From contig CAIXFY010000009.1 of NCBI GenBank assembly GCA_903918885.1, positions 9,472-73,471 of the forward strand: DNA of 64,000 nt. The letters are read 5' to 3'. Numbering within the stretch: position 1 is the first letter of the stretch; every line of letters starts with the position of its first letter. The position numbers were made by a program, and so were the translations under genes. The stretch is from an uncultured Verrucomicrobia subdivision 3 bacterium (GTDB taxonomy: Bacteria > Verrucomicrobiota > Verrucomicrobiia > Limisphaerales > UBA11358). Shown here in pieces: positions 44,017-53,102 of this stretch. The notes under the pieces are model-generated. The model worked only from the letters and a program-made list of their open reading frames with translations, was not told where the DNA came from and ran no database searches.

Positions 44017-47000
44017 ATGATTGATGCCCGTGAAGATGTCTTGTCCCCGGCTCCCAAGGCCGCCAACCGCCGCACCCCCAAAGTTTCCGCGACCCGCGCC
44101 ATGAAACCTACCAAATCCGAAGCTAAAAAGTCGTTGCGCATTGAGCGCGTTTTCAGCGACGCAAAAGTGAAGCCGTTCGACCAGATTGAATGGGATAAGC
44201 GCACCGCCGAAATCACCGACGATGGCGGCAAAGTGATTTTCAAACAGGAAAACGTCGAGGTGCCGAAGTCCTGGTCCGTGCTCGCCACGAAAGTGGTCGT
44301 CTCGAAATATTTTTACGGCGAGCAGCACACCAGCGAGCGCGAAACTTCTGTGCGCCAGCTCATCCATCGCATCACGCGGACGATTTCCGATTGGGGTATT
44401 GCGGATGGTTATTTCTCCAAGGCGGACGGTGAAATTTTCTATGAAGAACTCACTTGGCTCTGTCTAAACCAATACGGCGCGTTCAACTCGCCCGTCTGGT
44501 TTAACGTCGGCTTGTATCACGAATACGGCATCGGCAAAAATTCCAGCAAGGGCAACTGGTTTTACAACCGCCAGACCAAAGTCGCCGAACGCGCCGCGAC
44601 GCAATACGAATACCCGCAGGGCAGCGCGTGCTTCATCCAATCCGTGCAGGATAATATGGAAGACATTATGCACCTCGCCTACAGCGAAGCGATGTTGTTC
44701 AAGTATGGTTCCGGCACCGGCACCGATTTGACGCCGATTCGTTCCAGCCGCGAAAAATTGAGCGGTGGCGGTCGTCCAAGCGGTCCGATGAGTTTCCTAA
44801 AAGTTTATGATCAGGTCGCCAACGTCGTGAAGTCCGGCGGTAAAACCCGCCGCGCCGCAAAGATGAATACGCTCCGCGACTGGCACGGCGACATTGAAGA
44901 ATTTATTGACGCCAAGCAGAAGGAAGAGAAGAAGGCGTGGGCATTGATCGAGCAGGGTTATGACGGTTCTTACAACGGCGATGCCTACGGCAGCGTAATG
45001 TATCAAAACGAAAATCTTTCCGTGCGTGCGAGCGATGAATTTTTTGAAGCCGCCCTGTCCGGCAAGGAATGGTGGACGAAGAGCGTCAAAGGCATTCCGC
45101 TCCAGAAGAAGGACGCGAGCACGTTGCTGGATAAAATTGCCCAAGGCACGCACATCTGCGGCGACCCCGGCATCCAATACGACGGCGCGATCCAGAAATG
45201 GCACACGTGCAAAGGCACCGAGCCGATTCACTCCACGAATCCGTGCAGCGAATACGTTTTCGTCAATAACACCGCGTGCAATCTCGCGTCGCTGAACTTG
45301 ATGAAGTTCAAGCGCGACGACAACAAGTTCGACGTGGACCGCTTCAAAGCCGCGTGCCGCATCTTCATCACCGCGCAGGAAATTCTCGTGGACAACGCGA
45401 GCTATCCGACGAAGGACATCGCGGAAAATTCCCACATCTTCCGCACGCTCGGCCTCGGCTTCGCGAACCTCGGTTCGCTCTGCATGAGCTACGGTTTGCC
45501 CTACGATTCCGACGAAGGCCGCGCGCTCGCCGGGGCGATCACGTCCATCATGACGGGTCACGCCTACGAACAGAGCGCGGACATCGCCGCGAACATCGGC
45601 GCGTTTGCTGGTTACCGCGATGCGCGTTGCGCCGGTGTTGCGAAGACGGTGGCGAAGGACAACGTCGAATCCATGCTCGGCGTCATCAAGCTCCACCGCG
45701 ACGCCGTGGAAACAATCCAGCCGAGCGCGGAATTTAATTATCTCAAGACCGAAGCCCGCAAAACGTGGGATAGCGCGCTCGCCAAGGGCAAGCAACATGG
45801 CTACCGCAACGCGCAAGTCACCGTGCTTGCGCCGACCGGCACCATCGCCTTCCTCATGGATTGCGACACCACCGGCGTGGAGCCTGACATCGCGCTGGTG
45901 AAATACAAATTGCTCGCCGGCGGCGGCATGTTGAAGATCGTTAATCGCGGCGTGCCGGACGCGTTGCACCGCCTTGGTTACAGCGAAGCGAACGTTACCA
46001 AGATCATCGCGCACATCGAGAAGTTCGACACGATTGAAGACGTCGAAGAAAATGGCCAGACCATTACCAGCGGCCTCAAGCCGGAACATCTGCCGATCTT
46101 CGATTGCGCCTTCAAGCCCGCCCGGGGCACGCGTAGCATCGGTTACATGGCGCACTTGAAGATGATGGCCGCTGCGCAGCCGTTCATCAGCGGCGCGATT
46201 TCCAAGACAGTCAACATGCCCAGCGAATGCACCGTCGCTGACATCCGCGACACCTATGTGCAGGCGTGGAAAATGGGCTTGAAATGCGTGGCGATTTATC
46301 GCGACGGCTCCAAGCGCTCCCAGCCGCTCAACACTAAAAAGACCAATGAAGCCGGTGACAAAACTGCCGTTGCCCCCGCGCTCGACGCCCGCATCAAGGA
46401 ACTCGAAGCGCAGGTCGAACAATTGCAGGACGAATCCGGCAAGCCGCTGCGCCGCCGTTTGTCCGACACGCGCACGGCCGTCACGCACAAGTTCGACATT
46501 GCTGGCCACGAAGGTTATCTCACTGTCGGCCTGTTTGATGATCACCAGCCCGGCGAATTGTTCATCACCATGGCCAAGGAAGGTTCCACCATCGGCGGTT
46601 TGATGGACAGCATCGGCACGCTCACCAGCATGGCGCTCCAATACGGCGTGCCGCTGGAAGCGCTCGTCAAGAAATTCGCGCACCAACGCTTCGAGCCGAG
46701 CGGCTTCACCAAAAATCCGGAAATCCGCAACGCCGCGTCCATCACCGACTACGTGTTCCGCTGGATGGCGTTCCAGTTCATTCCCGGCTACCGCGAAAAC
46801 ATCACCGCCGCGCGCAATCAACCGGAACTCGTCATGCCCGGCCTCGCCGAGGAGATAAAAAAAAAGGTGAACCGGCCCGTGGCTGACCTGCCGATTTCCG
46901 AAGACACGGATTTGATCGAGCTCAAGGCCAGTCAGAAGCATGAGCGCCGCGCGGCATCGCTCACGCAGATGATTACGAATCAGCAGGACGCCCCGACGTG

Positions 47001-47082
47001 TCCGAACTGCGGCAACGTCGTTGTCCGCAACGGCGCGTGCTACAAATGTTTGAACTGCGGCGAAAGCCTCGGTTGCTCGTAA
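44017..47082 (+). CDS. nrdJ: Adenosylcobalamin-dependent (class II) ribonucleotide reductase
   Basis: 1021 aa. Active-site region HSTNPCSEYVFVNNTACNLASLNL, and a C-terminal Zn ribbon CPNCGNVVVRNGACYKCLNCG typical of NrdJ. Confidence 0.92.
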   Translation: MIDAREDVLSPAPKAANRRTPKVSATRAMKPTKSEAKKSLRIERVFSDAKVKPFDQIEWDKRTAEITDDGGKVIFKQENVEVPKSWSVLATKVVVSKYFYGEQHTSERETSVRQLIHRITRTISDWGIADGYFSKADGEIFYEELTWLCLNQYGAFNSPVWFNVGLYHEYGIGKNSSKGNWFYNRQTKVAERAATQYEYPQGSACFIQSVQDNMEDIMHLAYSEAMLFKYGSGTGTDLTPIRSSREKLSGGGRPSGPMSFLKVYDQVANVVKSGGKTRRAAKMNTLRDWHGDIEEFIDAKQKEEKKAWALIEQGYDGSYNGDAYGSVMYQNENLSVRASDEFFEAALSGKEWWTKSVKGIPLQKKDASTLLDKIAQGTHICGDPGIQYDGAIQKWHTCKGTEPIHSTNPCSEYVFVNNTACNLASLNLMKFKRDDNKFDVDRFKAACRIFITAQEILVDNASYPTKDIAENSHIFRTLGLGFANLGSLCMSYGLPYDSDEGRALAGAITSIMTGHAYEQSADIAANIGAFAGYRDARCAGVAKTVAKDNVESMLGVIKLHRDAVETIQPSAEFNYLKTEARKTWDSALAKGKQHGYRNAQVTVLAPTGTIAFLMDCDTTGVEPDIALVKYKLLAGGGMLKIVNRGVPDALHRLGYSEANVTKIIAHIEKFDTIEDVEENGQTITSGLKPEHLPIFDCAFKPARGTRSIGYMAHLKMMAAAQPFISGAISKTVNMPSECTVADIRDTYVQAWKMGLKCVAIYRDGSKRSQPLNTKKTNEAGDKTAVAPALDARIKELEAQVEQLQDESGKPLRRRLSDTRTAVTHKFDIAGHEGYLTVGLFDDHQPGELFITMAKEGSTIGGLMDSIGTLTSMALQYGVPLEALVKKFAHQRFEPSGFTKNPEIRNAASITDYVFRWMAFQFIPGYRENITAARNQPELVMPGLAEEIKKKVNRPVADLPISEDTDLIELKASQKHERRAASLTQMITNQQDAPTCPNCGNVVVRNGACYKCLNCGESLGCS

Positions 47083-47102
47083 CGGGTCAGTTGGAACCAG
47101 CA

Positions 47103-47141
47103 AGCCGGAGAATTTTCGAATTCTCCGGCTTGTTTCATTTT
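47103..47141 (+). terminator. Intrinsic terminator after nrdJ
   Basis: AGCCGGAGAATT-TTCG-AATTCTCCGGCT followed by TGTTTCATTTTT. Confidence 0.8.
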
Positions 47142-47164
47142 TGCGGCGGGATTATGTTCAGGCC

Positions 47165-47842
47165 ATGAGCGAAAGCACTCCCTACATTCACGAAGATCCG
47201 TGGCGGATTTTCCGTATCATGGCCGAGTTCGTGGACTCGTTTCACACGATGTCGCAAGTTGGCCCCGCCGTGACCATTTTTGGCTCCGCGCGCACGAAGC
47301 CGAGTGACAAGTATTATCGCGCCGCGCAGGACATCGCCAAGGGGCTGGCGAAACATAATCTTGCCGTCGTCACCGGCGGCGGCCCCGGCATCATGGAAGC
47401 CGCAAACAAAGGCGCTTCGCACGCCGGCGGCAAATCCGTCGGCCTCAACATCGAACTGCCGTTTGAGCAGGCGGGTAATAAATTCGCCAACGTGCCGGTT
47501 CACTTCCATTATTTTTTTGCGCGCAAAGTTTGTTTCGTGAAATACAGTCTGGGCTTTGTTTATATGCCCGGCGGCTTCGGCACGTTGGATGAATTATTTG
47601 AAGTGCTGACGCTGGTGCAGACGCAGCGCATCCCGCAATTTCCGATCATCCTGTTCGGCAGGGAACATTGGAAAGGTTTGTTCGCGTGGATGAAATTGCG
47701 GCTTGATAAGGAAAATCTCATTAGTCCCAGCGACCTCGACCTCGTCAAAATCACGGACGACGTGGATGAAGTCATCCAGATTATCCGCGACTACGAACGC
47801 CGCGTCGGCCCGCCGGGAGCGTTGCCGGTCGCGTTTGCGTGA
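47165..47842 (+). CDS. LOG-family (TIGR00730) nucleotide phosphoribohydrolase
   Basis: GGGPGIMEA and PGGFGTLDELFE motifs. Confidence 0.85.
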   Translation: MSESTPYIHEDPWRIFRIMAEFVDSFHTMSQVGPAVTIFGSARTKPSDKYYRAAQDIAKGLAKHNLAVVTGGGPGIMEAANKGASHAGGKSVGLNIELPFEQAGNKFANVPVHFHYFFARKVCFVKYSLGFVYMPGGFGTLDELFEVLTLVQTQRIPQFPIILFGREHWKGLFAWMKLRLDKENLISPSDLDLVKITDDVDEVIQIIRDYERRVGPPGALPVAFA

Positions 47843-47860
47843 ACCGCGCCGGATTTTCAC

Positions 47861-48067
47861 ATGAAACTGACCAACGACAGCTATGTCATTTTGATGGGCA
47901 CAAAAAATTTCACCGAACGCTATTACCGTGACCAAACCGGTTGGTTGAAAATTTCTGCACGTGGCCGAACGTTTCGGATGACCGCCGAACAGGTTCTGAA
48001 CCACGTTCTGCCCGCACTCGCTGGCGTCAAACCAGGCTTGGCCATCAAAGTCGAACATCAAGTCTAA
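47861..48067 (+). CDS. Small hypothetical protein (68 aa), apparently coupled to pabB
   Basis: ATG-initiated ORF. Its TAA stop overlaps the pabB ATG (TAATG at 48065-48069). No known motif. Confidence 0.45.
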   Translation: MKLTNDSYVILMGTKNFTERYYRDQTGWLKISARGRTFRMTAEQVLNHVLPALAGVKPGLAIKVEHQV

Positions 48068-49575
48068 TGCGCCCGCTGATTCAGGAAATCCCGACCGCGC
48101 ACACGCCCGAAACACTCGTCGAGCAACTGCGGGACGCCGGTTGCGGCTCGCGGCTGGTGTTGTTGCGCACCACGCAATTTGATTCGCCAGCCGCACGTTA
48201 TTCGTTCATTGCCGCCAATCCGTTTCTTACTTTTCGCAGCTTCGGCTCGCGCTGCGAAATTCTTTTCCCCAACTCCCAACTGCCATCTGCCATCTCCCAA
48301 ACCCAATTCGGCAATCCGTGGCATCTGCTTGATGCGCTCATGGCGCGCTACGAATTGCTCGATGAAATTGATTCGCCCTTTCCGCTCGGCGGCGCGTTCG
48401 GCTGCTGGGGCTACGACCTGAAAAATTTCACCGAACCCAAACTCCCGCGCCGCGCCGTCAACGATCTGGAATTGCCCGACTGCCACGTCGGTTTTTACGA
48501 TAGCCTTGTCGTCTTCGATCATCGTCTCGGCAAGGTTTATGTCGTTTCCACTGGCTTGAATGCGGATGGTTCGCGCACAGAATCGCGGGCGAAAGAGCAA
48601 TTGGACTTCTGGATCTCAAAAATTATCGGACAAGAATTGCCACAGAGGCACAGAGACACAGAGGAAATAAATAAATTCAATTCTCTGCGTCTCAATGACT
48701 CTGTGGCGAAAATTGCTTCCAATTTGGCGCGCGCCGATTTCATCGCTGCCGTCGAACGCGTCCAGCAATACATCCGCGCCGGTGACATCTATCAGGTCAA
48801 TCTTTCGCAGCGGCTGACAGCGCAATGCGATTTCAATGGCTGGGAATTATTTGGCAAGCTAAGTGCCGTTTCACCCGCGCCGTTCTCTGCGTTTCTCGAC
48901 TGCGGCGAATTCCAACTCGCCTCGTCCTCGCCGGAACAATTTTTGTGTTTGAGCGGTTCGCACATTGTCACGCGCCCAATCAAAGGCACGCGCCCGCGCG
49001 CGGCGGATGCGACGCGCGACGCGCAGCTCGCCTACGAACTCCAGACCAGCGCCAAGGAACTCGCCGAACTGGTGATGATTACAGACCTATTGCGAAACGA
49101 TCTGGGCCGAGTCTGCGAATATGGTTCCGTGCAAGTGCCGGAGCTGGCCAAGCTGGAAAAATTCGCGCAAGTGCAGCATCTCGTTGCCACCGTCGAAGGT
49201 CGGTTGCGAGAGGACGTCACGCATTTCGCCGCGTTCGCTTCCTGTTTTCCCGGCGGTAGCATCACCGGTGCGCCGAAATTCCGCGCGATGGAAATCATTG
49301 ATGAACTCGAGCCAATTTCCCGTGGCTCATATTGCGGCGCCATCGGCTACCTTGGCTTCAACCGCGAAAGCCAGTTGAGCATCGCCATCCGCACGGCAGT
49401 GTGCACGGATGGGAAAATCCATTTCAACGTCGGTGCCGGCATCGTGGCGGATTCCGATTCCGAAGCCGAATACGAGGAAACGCTGGCCAAGGCGCGCGGA
49501 TTTTTGGCGGCGTTGAATCTGCAATCGCGGACGAACGGGGAAAATTTGCTCGCGAAAAATTTGCCCGTCGCGTAA
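48067..49575 (+). CDS. pabB: Aminodeoxychorismate synthase component I
   Basis: Chorismate-binding family motifs (IRAGDIYQVNLSQR; SSSPE.F; PGGSITGAPK; RG.YCGAIGY..; IRT.; GAGIVADSD...E). Followed by a pabC-like gene. Confidence 0.88.
   Translation: MRPLIQEIPTAHTPETLVEQLRDAGCGSRLVLLRTTQFDSPAARYSFIAANPFLTFRSFGSRCEILFPNSQLPSAISQTQFGNPWHLLDALMARYELLDEIDSPFPLGGAFGCWGYDLKNFTEPKLPRRAVNDLELPDCHVGFYDSLVVFDHRLGKVYVVSTGLNADGSRTESRAKEQLDFWISKIIGQELPQRHRDTEEINKFNSLRLNDSVAKIASNLARADFIAAVERVQQYIRAGDIYQVNLSQRLTAQCDFNGWELFGKLSAVSPAPFSAFLDCGEFQLASSSPEQFLCLSGSHIVTRPIKGTRPRAADATRDAQLAYELQTSAKELAELVMITDLLRNDLGRVCEYGSVQVPELAKLEKFAQVQHLVATVEGRLREDVTHFAAFASCFPGGSITGAPKFRAMEIIDELEPISRGSYCGAIGYLGFNRESQLSIAIRTAVCTDGKIHFNVGAGIVADSDSEAEYEETLAKARGFLAALNLQSRTNGENLLAKNLPVA
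48639..48708 (+). repeat. Imperfect palindromic element embedded in frame in pabB
   Basis: GCCACAGAGGCACAGAGACACAGAGG (48639-48664) and CTCTGCGTCTCAATGACTCTGTGGC (48683-48707) flank an AT-rich loop. It encodes ..LPQRHRDTEEINKFNSLRLNDSVA.. Confidence 0.7.
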
Positions 49576-49604
49576 ATCTTCGCCACCCGGAGACGGGACT
49601 TTTC

Positions 49605-50450
49605 ATGCAGGTTTTTTTGAACGGAAAATTTTTGCCGGAAGCGGAAGCCTTCGTGCCCGTGAGCGACCGCGGCTTTCTGCTCGGCGACGGTTTGTTTGAA
49701 ACGATGCGCGTGTCGAACGGCCGGCCGTTCCGTTGCGCGCAGCATTTGGAGCGGTTGTCTCGCGGCGCGGAATTTCTGAAGATCAAACTGCCGTTTGAGC
49801 CGAAGGAAATTCAGAAATTCGCCACGCAGCTCATCGAGAAAAATCAATTGCCCGAAGCCATCCTGCGGCTGACGCTCACGCGCGGCGCGGGTGCTCGCGG
49901 GTATTCGACCAAAAGTGCAGATAAGCCCACGCTGGCAATGGTTTTACATCCGCTGCCTCTGCAAAATTCTGACGAACCGCTGTGTTGGAGCCTGGTCACG
50001 GCGTCGTTCCGTATTCCCGCAAGTGACGCGCTGGCGGCGTTTAAGACGACCAGCAAAATTCTCAATGTGCTGGCGCGCGCCGAGGCGGAGGAACGTGGCG
50101 CGGATGAAGCGTTGCTGCTGAACACCAACGGTGAGGTCGCCGAGACGGCGGGCGGAAATATTTTTTGGGTCTACAACGAGAAAATTTGCACCGTGCCGAC
50201 GGGTCGCGGCGTGTTGCCGGGCATCACACGGGCGGTGGTTTTGGAAATCTGCCAGGGGCTCGGCTTGGCGGTGAACAAGTGCATCATCAAGCCGGAACAC
50301 TTGCGCAACGCGGAAGGCATCTTCGTGACGCAGAGCGCACTGGGCATTGTGCCGGTCGTGGCGTTCGATGGTGTGCCGGTCGCACCGTCGCCGCTCGTGG
50401 ATCAGATTGCCGGTGCTTACAACGAGATTATTCGGCGCGAGGCGGTTTAA
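49605..50450 (+). CDS. pabC: Aminodeoxychorismate lyase / class IV aminotransferase
   Basis: Fold-type IV pattern (VSDRGFLLGDGLFET; ..K.TSKILNVLA..EA...GADEALLLN..G.V.E....NIF; LPGITR). Confidence 0.8.
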   Translation: MQVFLNGKFLPEAEAFVPVSDRGFLLGDGLFETMRVSNGRPFRCAQHLERLSRGAEFLKIKLPFEPKEIQKFATQLIEKNQLPEAILRLTLTRGAGARGYSTKSADKPTLAMVLHPLPLQNSDEPLCWSLVTASFRIPASDALAAFKTTSKILNVLARAEAEERGADEALLLNTNGEVAETAGGNIFWVYNEKICTVPTGRGVLPGITRAVVLEICQGLGLAVNKCIIKPEHLRNAEGIFVTQSALGIVPVVAFDGVPVAPSPLVDQIAGAYNEIIRREAV

Positions 50451-50541
50451 TTCGTCGAATTAGTTTTTTATAAATCGTCTGCCGGGGCTTGATATTTAGG
50501 GAGATGCGGGCGTAAGGTTAATCAGAACCAAAAGGTGATTT

Positions 50542-51234
50542 ATGATTAACGCATCACTCGACCGCTGCCTCTCCTTCATCAACAGTCAAAGCGCCCCCGC
50601 CAAGCGCGCGATGACGCCGGTGGGTTTGCGCCGGGCCGTGACCATCTCCCGGCAGGTGGGTTGTGGCGCGGTGCACATAGCCGAAAAACTCGCCGCGCAT
50701 CTCCAGCAACACGCGCCACCACAGAACGCGCCGTGGACCATTTTTGACCGCAACCTGATGGATCAGGTGCTGGCCGATCACAACCTGCCGGCGTATCTCG
50801 CGAAGACTTTGCCGGAAGATCGGATGTCGGCGCTGGAAGACATGATTGCGGAACTCGTCGGTGCACGGCCGACGGTGCAAAAACTGGTGTTGCAGACGAC
50901 GGAAACGGTTTTGAAATTCGCCGATCTGGGTGGCGTCATTATCATCGGTCGCGGTGGAAATATCATCACCGCCAAATTGCCGCATGTCTTACATGTTCGG
51001 CTGGTCGCGCCGCTGGAAGACCGCATCGAACGCATTTGCCGCGACGATCACAAGACGCCAGCCGAGGCGCGGAAATTTTGCGTGGAAGAGGAGCAAGCTC
51101 GTTTGCGCTACCTCAAAACTTATTTCAACGCCGACATCAATGACCCGATGGACTATCACCTCGTCATCAACACCAGTCGCGTGGGATACGAAAACACGGC
51201 GAAGCTGATTGGCGACGCGGTGCTGCGGCTCTGA
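50542..51234 (+). CDS. Cytidylate kinase-like family protein
   Basis: VTISRQVGCGAVHIAEKLAAHL N-terminal pattern and overall ~230-aa layout typical of the CMK-like (AAA_28/PF13189-type) family. Recognised by eye only. Confidence 0.65.
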   Translation: MINASLDRCLSFINSQSAPAKRAMTPVGLRRAVTISRQVGCGAVHIAEKLAAHLQQHAPPQNAPWTIFDRNLMDQVLADHNLPAYLAKTLPEDRMSALEDMIAELVGARPTVQKLVLQTTETVLKFADLGGVIIIGRGGNIITAKLPHVLHVRLVAPLEDRIERICRDDHKTPAEARKFCVEEEQARLRYLKTYFNADINDPMDYHLVINTSRVGYENTAKLIGDAVLRL

Positions 51235-51282
51235 CGCGAAATCAAACTTGGGTCGGCGGGCGTGGCGCGGTAGATTGGCCGC

Positions 51283-52380
51283 GTGCCGATTTTGGAAAAA
51301 GCCTCTTCCCGCCGCCGCAGTCGGTTCGGCGATTATTTGGCCGTGCTGCTGCTGCTGGCGGTAATCGCCGGAATCGGCTGGCTTTGGTGGCATTCCCGGC
51401 ATCCGCAAAAAAATTCCCGGCGCAAAAATCCTGCCGCCGTTGCGGCCGCTTCCGTTGCCAAAACCGAAAAAAGGCGGGAGTCAAAACCCATCGTCATCGC
51501 GCCGCAGTCGCCGGCGGATTTTCCGCGCCCGGTGCGCGATGCGTTCGAGGCGCAGGTGGCGCTGGCGCGGCGGGCGATTTCGCCGGGCTCGCTGGACGCG
51601 GCCATCGGCTCGCAGACGCGCGCGGCCATCGCGGCGTTCCAGCGGGCGCAGAATTTGCCCGCGACCGCCGCGCTTGACACGAACACGCGGCCGGCGCTCA
51701 CGCTGGATGCGCCGCTGCTGGCGGATTACGCGGTGACGACCAACGACCTCGCGCGGTTGCAGCCGCTGGGCAAAACCTGGCTCGCCAAATCGGAGCAAAC
51801 CGCGCTGGATTACGAAACGATTTTGGAATTGGTCGCGGAAACGGCGCACGCGCATCCGCTGTTGATTCAAAAACTGAATCCGGGCGTTAATTGGACGAAC
51901 GTCACCGCCGGAACAATTTTGAAAGTTCCTGACGTAAATTACCCTGAACCGGCGGAGCAAGCGTCGTTCGTTGTCATCCATCTCTCGCAGAAATTTCTCG
52001 AAGCGTTCGGCGCGGCGACCAACCTGCTGTTGCATTGTCCGTGCAGCATCGCGGCGAAAGTGGAGAAGCGGCCGGTCGGCGAACTGCGCGTGGTCGTCGT
52101 CGCGCCGCATCCGAATTACACGGTGAACCCGGAGCTTTTTCCGGAATCCGACGAGCTGCGGGCGATTGGCCACAAGCTGATTTTGCCGCCCGGCCCGAAC
52201 AATCCCGTCGGCGTCGCGTGGATCGGCCTCGACCGGCCGGGCTACGGCATGCACGGCACGCCGGTGCCGGAGCAGGTCGGGCGCACGGAATCGCACGGCT
52301 GTTTCCGGCTGGCGAACTGGGACGCGGAATATTTGGTCAAACTCGTCTGGGTTGGGATGCCGGTGACGGTTGTGCCATGA
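51283..52380 (+). CDS. L,D-transpeptidase (YkuD) with peptidoglycan-binding domain
   Basis: PG_binding-like GSQTRAAIAAFQRAQNLPATAALD; catalytic HGTPVPEQVGRTESHGCFRL motif. GTG start. Confidence 0.88.
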   Translation: MPILEKASSRRRSRFGDYLAVLLLLAVIAGIGWLWWHSRHPQKNSRRKNPAAVAAASVAKTEKRRESKPIVIAPQSPADFPRPVRDAFEAQVALARRAISPGSLDAAIGSQTRAAIAAFQRAQNLPATAALDTNTRPALTLDAPLLADYAVTTNDLARLQPLGKTWLAKSEQTALDYETILELVAETAHAHPLLIQKLNPGVNWTNVTAGTILKVPDVNYPEPAEQASFVVIHLSQKFLEAFGAATNLLLHCPCSIAAKVEKRPVGELRVVVVAPHPNYTVNPELFPESDELRAIGHKLILPPGPNNPVGVAWIGLDRPGYGMHGTPVPEQVGRTESHGCFRLANWDAEYLVKLVWVGMPVTVVP

Positions 52381-52463
52381 GCCTTCCAACCCACTTGAAA
52401 GATTATTATTGCCCGGTGGCGTAGTTCGGTAAAACTGTCAGTGAACTTAACGAAAGAAAAATT

Positions 52464-53066
52464 ATGATTCCAATGCTTATCGTCCTTGGTGTGCTTGTCC
52501 TCATCGTGCTGGTTATCGGCGGCAGCGTCGTCGGCATTTACAACAAGCTCGTCACGATGCGCAACCGTTACAAGAACGCCTACGCGCAGATTGACGTGCA
52601 GCTCAAGCGCCGCTACGACCTCATTCCGAATCTCGTCGAGACCGCCAAGGGCTACATGGCGCACGAACGCGGCACGCTCGAAGCCGTCACCGCCGCGCGT
52701 AACATCGCCTACGCCGCGTCGAAGGCCGCCGCCAGCAATCCCGGCGACGCCACCGCGATGAAAAATTTGACCGCCGCCGAATCTGGCCTCGGCGGCACGC
52801 TGAGCCGTTTGATGATGGTGAGCGAACAGTATCCCGACCTGAAGGCGAACCAGAACATGATGCAGCTCACCGAGGAACTCACCTCGACGGAAAATAAAAT
52901 CTCCTTCGCGCGCCAGGCCTACAACGATTCCGTCATGACCTACAACACCGACCGCGAAGTGTTTCCGAGCAACCTCATCGCCGGCATGTTCAACTTCGCG
53001 GCGGCGGAACTCTTCGTCGTGGACAAGCCGGAGCAGAAGGACGCGCCGAAGGTTTCCTTCTCCTGA
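52464..53066 (+). CDS. lemA: LemA family protein
   Basis: N-terminal TM segment, then YNKLV..RN....A.IDVQLKRRYDLIPNLVETAKGYM.HE signature. Confidence 0.9.
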   Translation: MIPMLIVLGVLVLIVLVIGGSVVGIYNKLVTMRNRYKNAYAQIDVQLKRRYDLIPNLVETAKGYMAHERGTLEAVTAARNIAYAASKAAASNPGDATAMKNLTAAESGLGGTLSRLMMVSEQYPDLKANQNMMQLTEELTSTENKISFARQAYNDSVMTYNTDREVFPSNLIAGMFNFAAAELFVVDKPEQKDAPKVSFS

Positions 53067-53102
53067 TTTTCGTTGGGACGACGGCAAATCGTCTCCGCCA
53101 AA

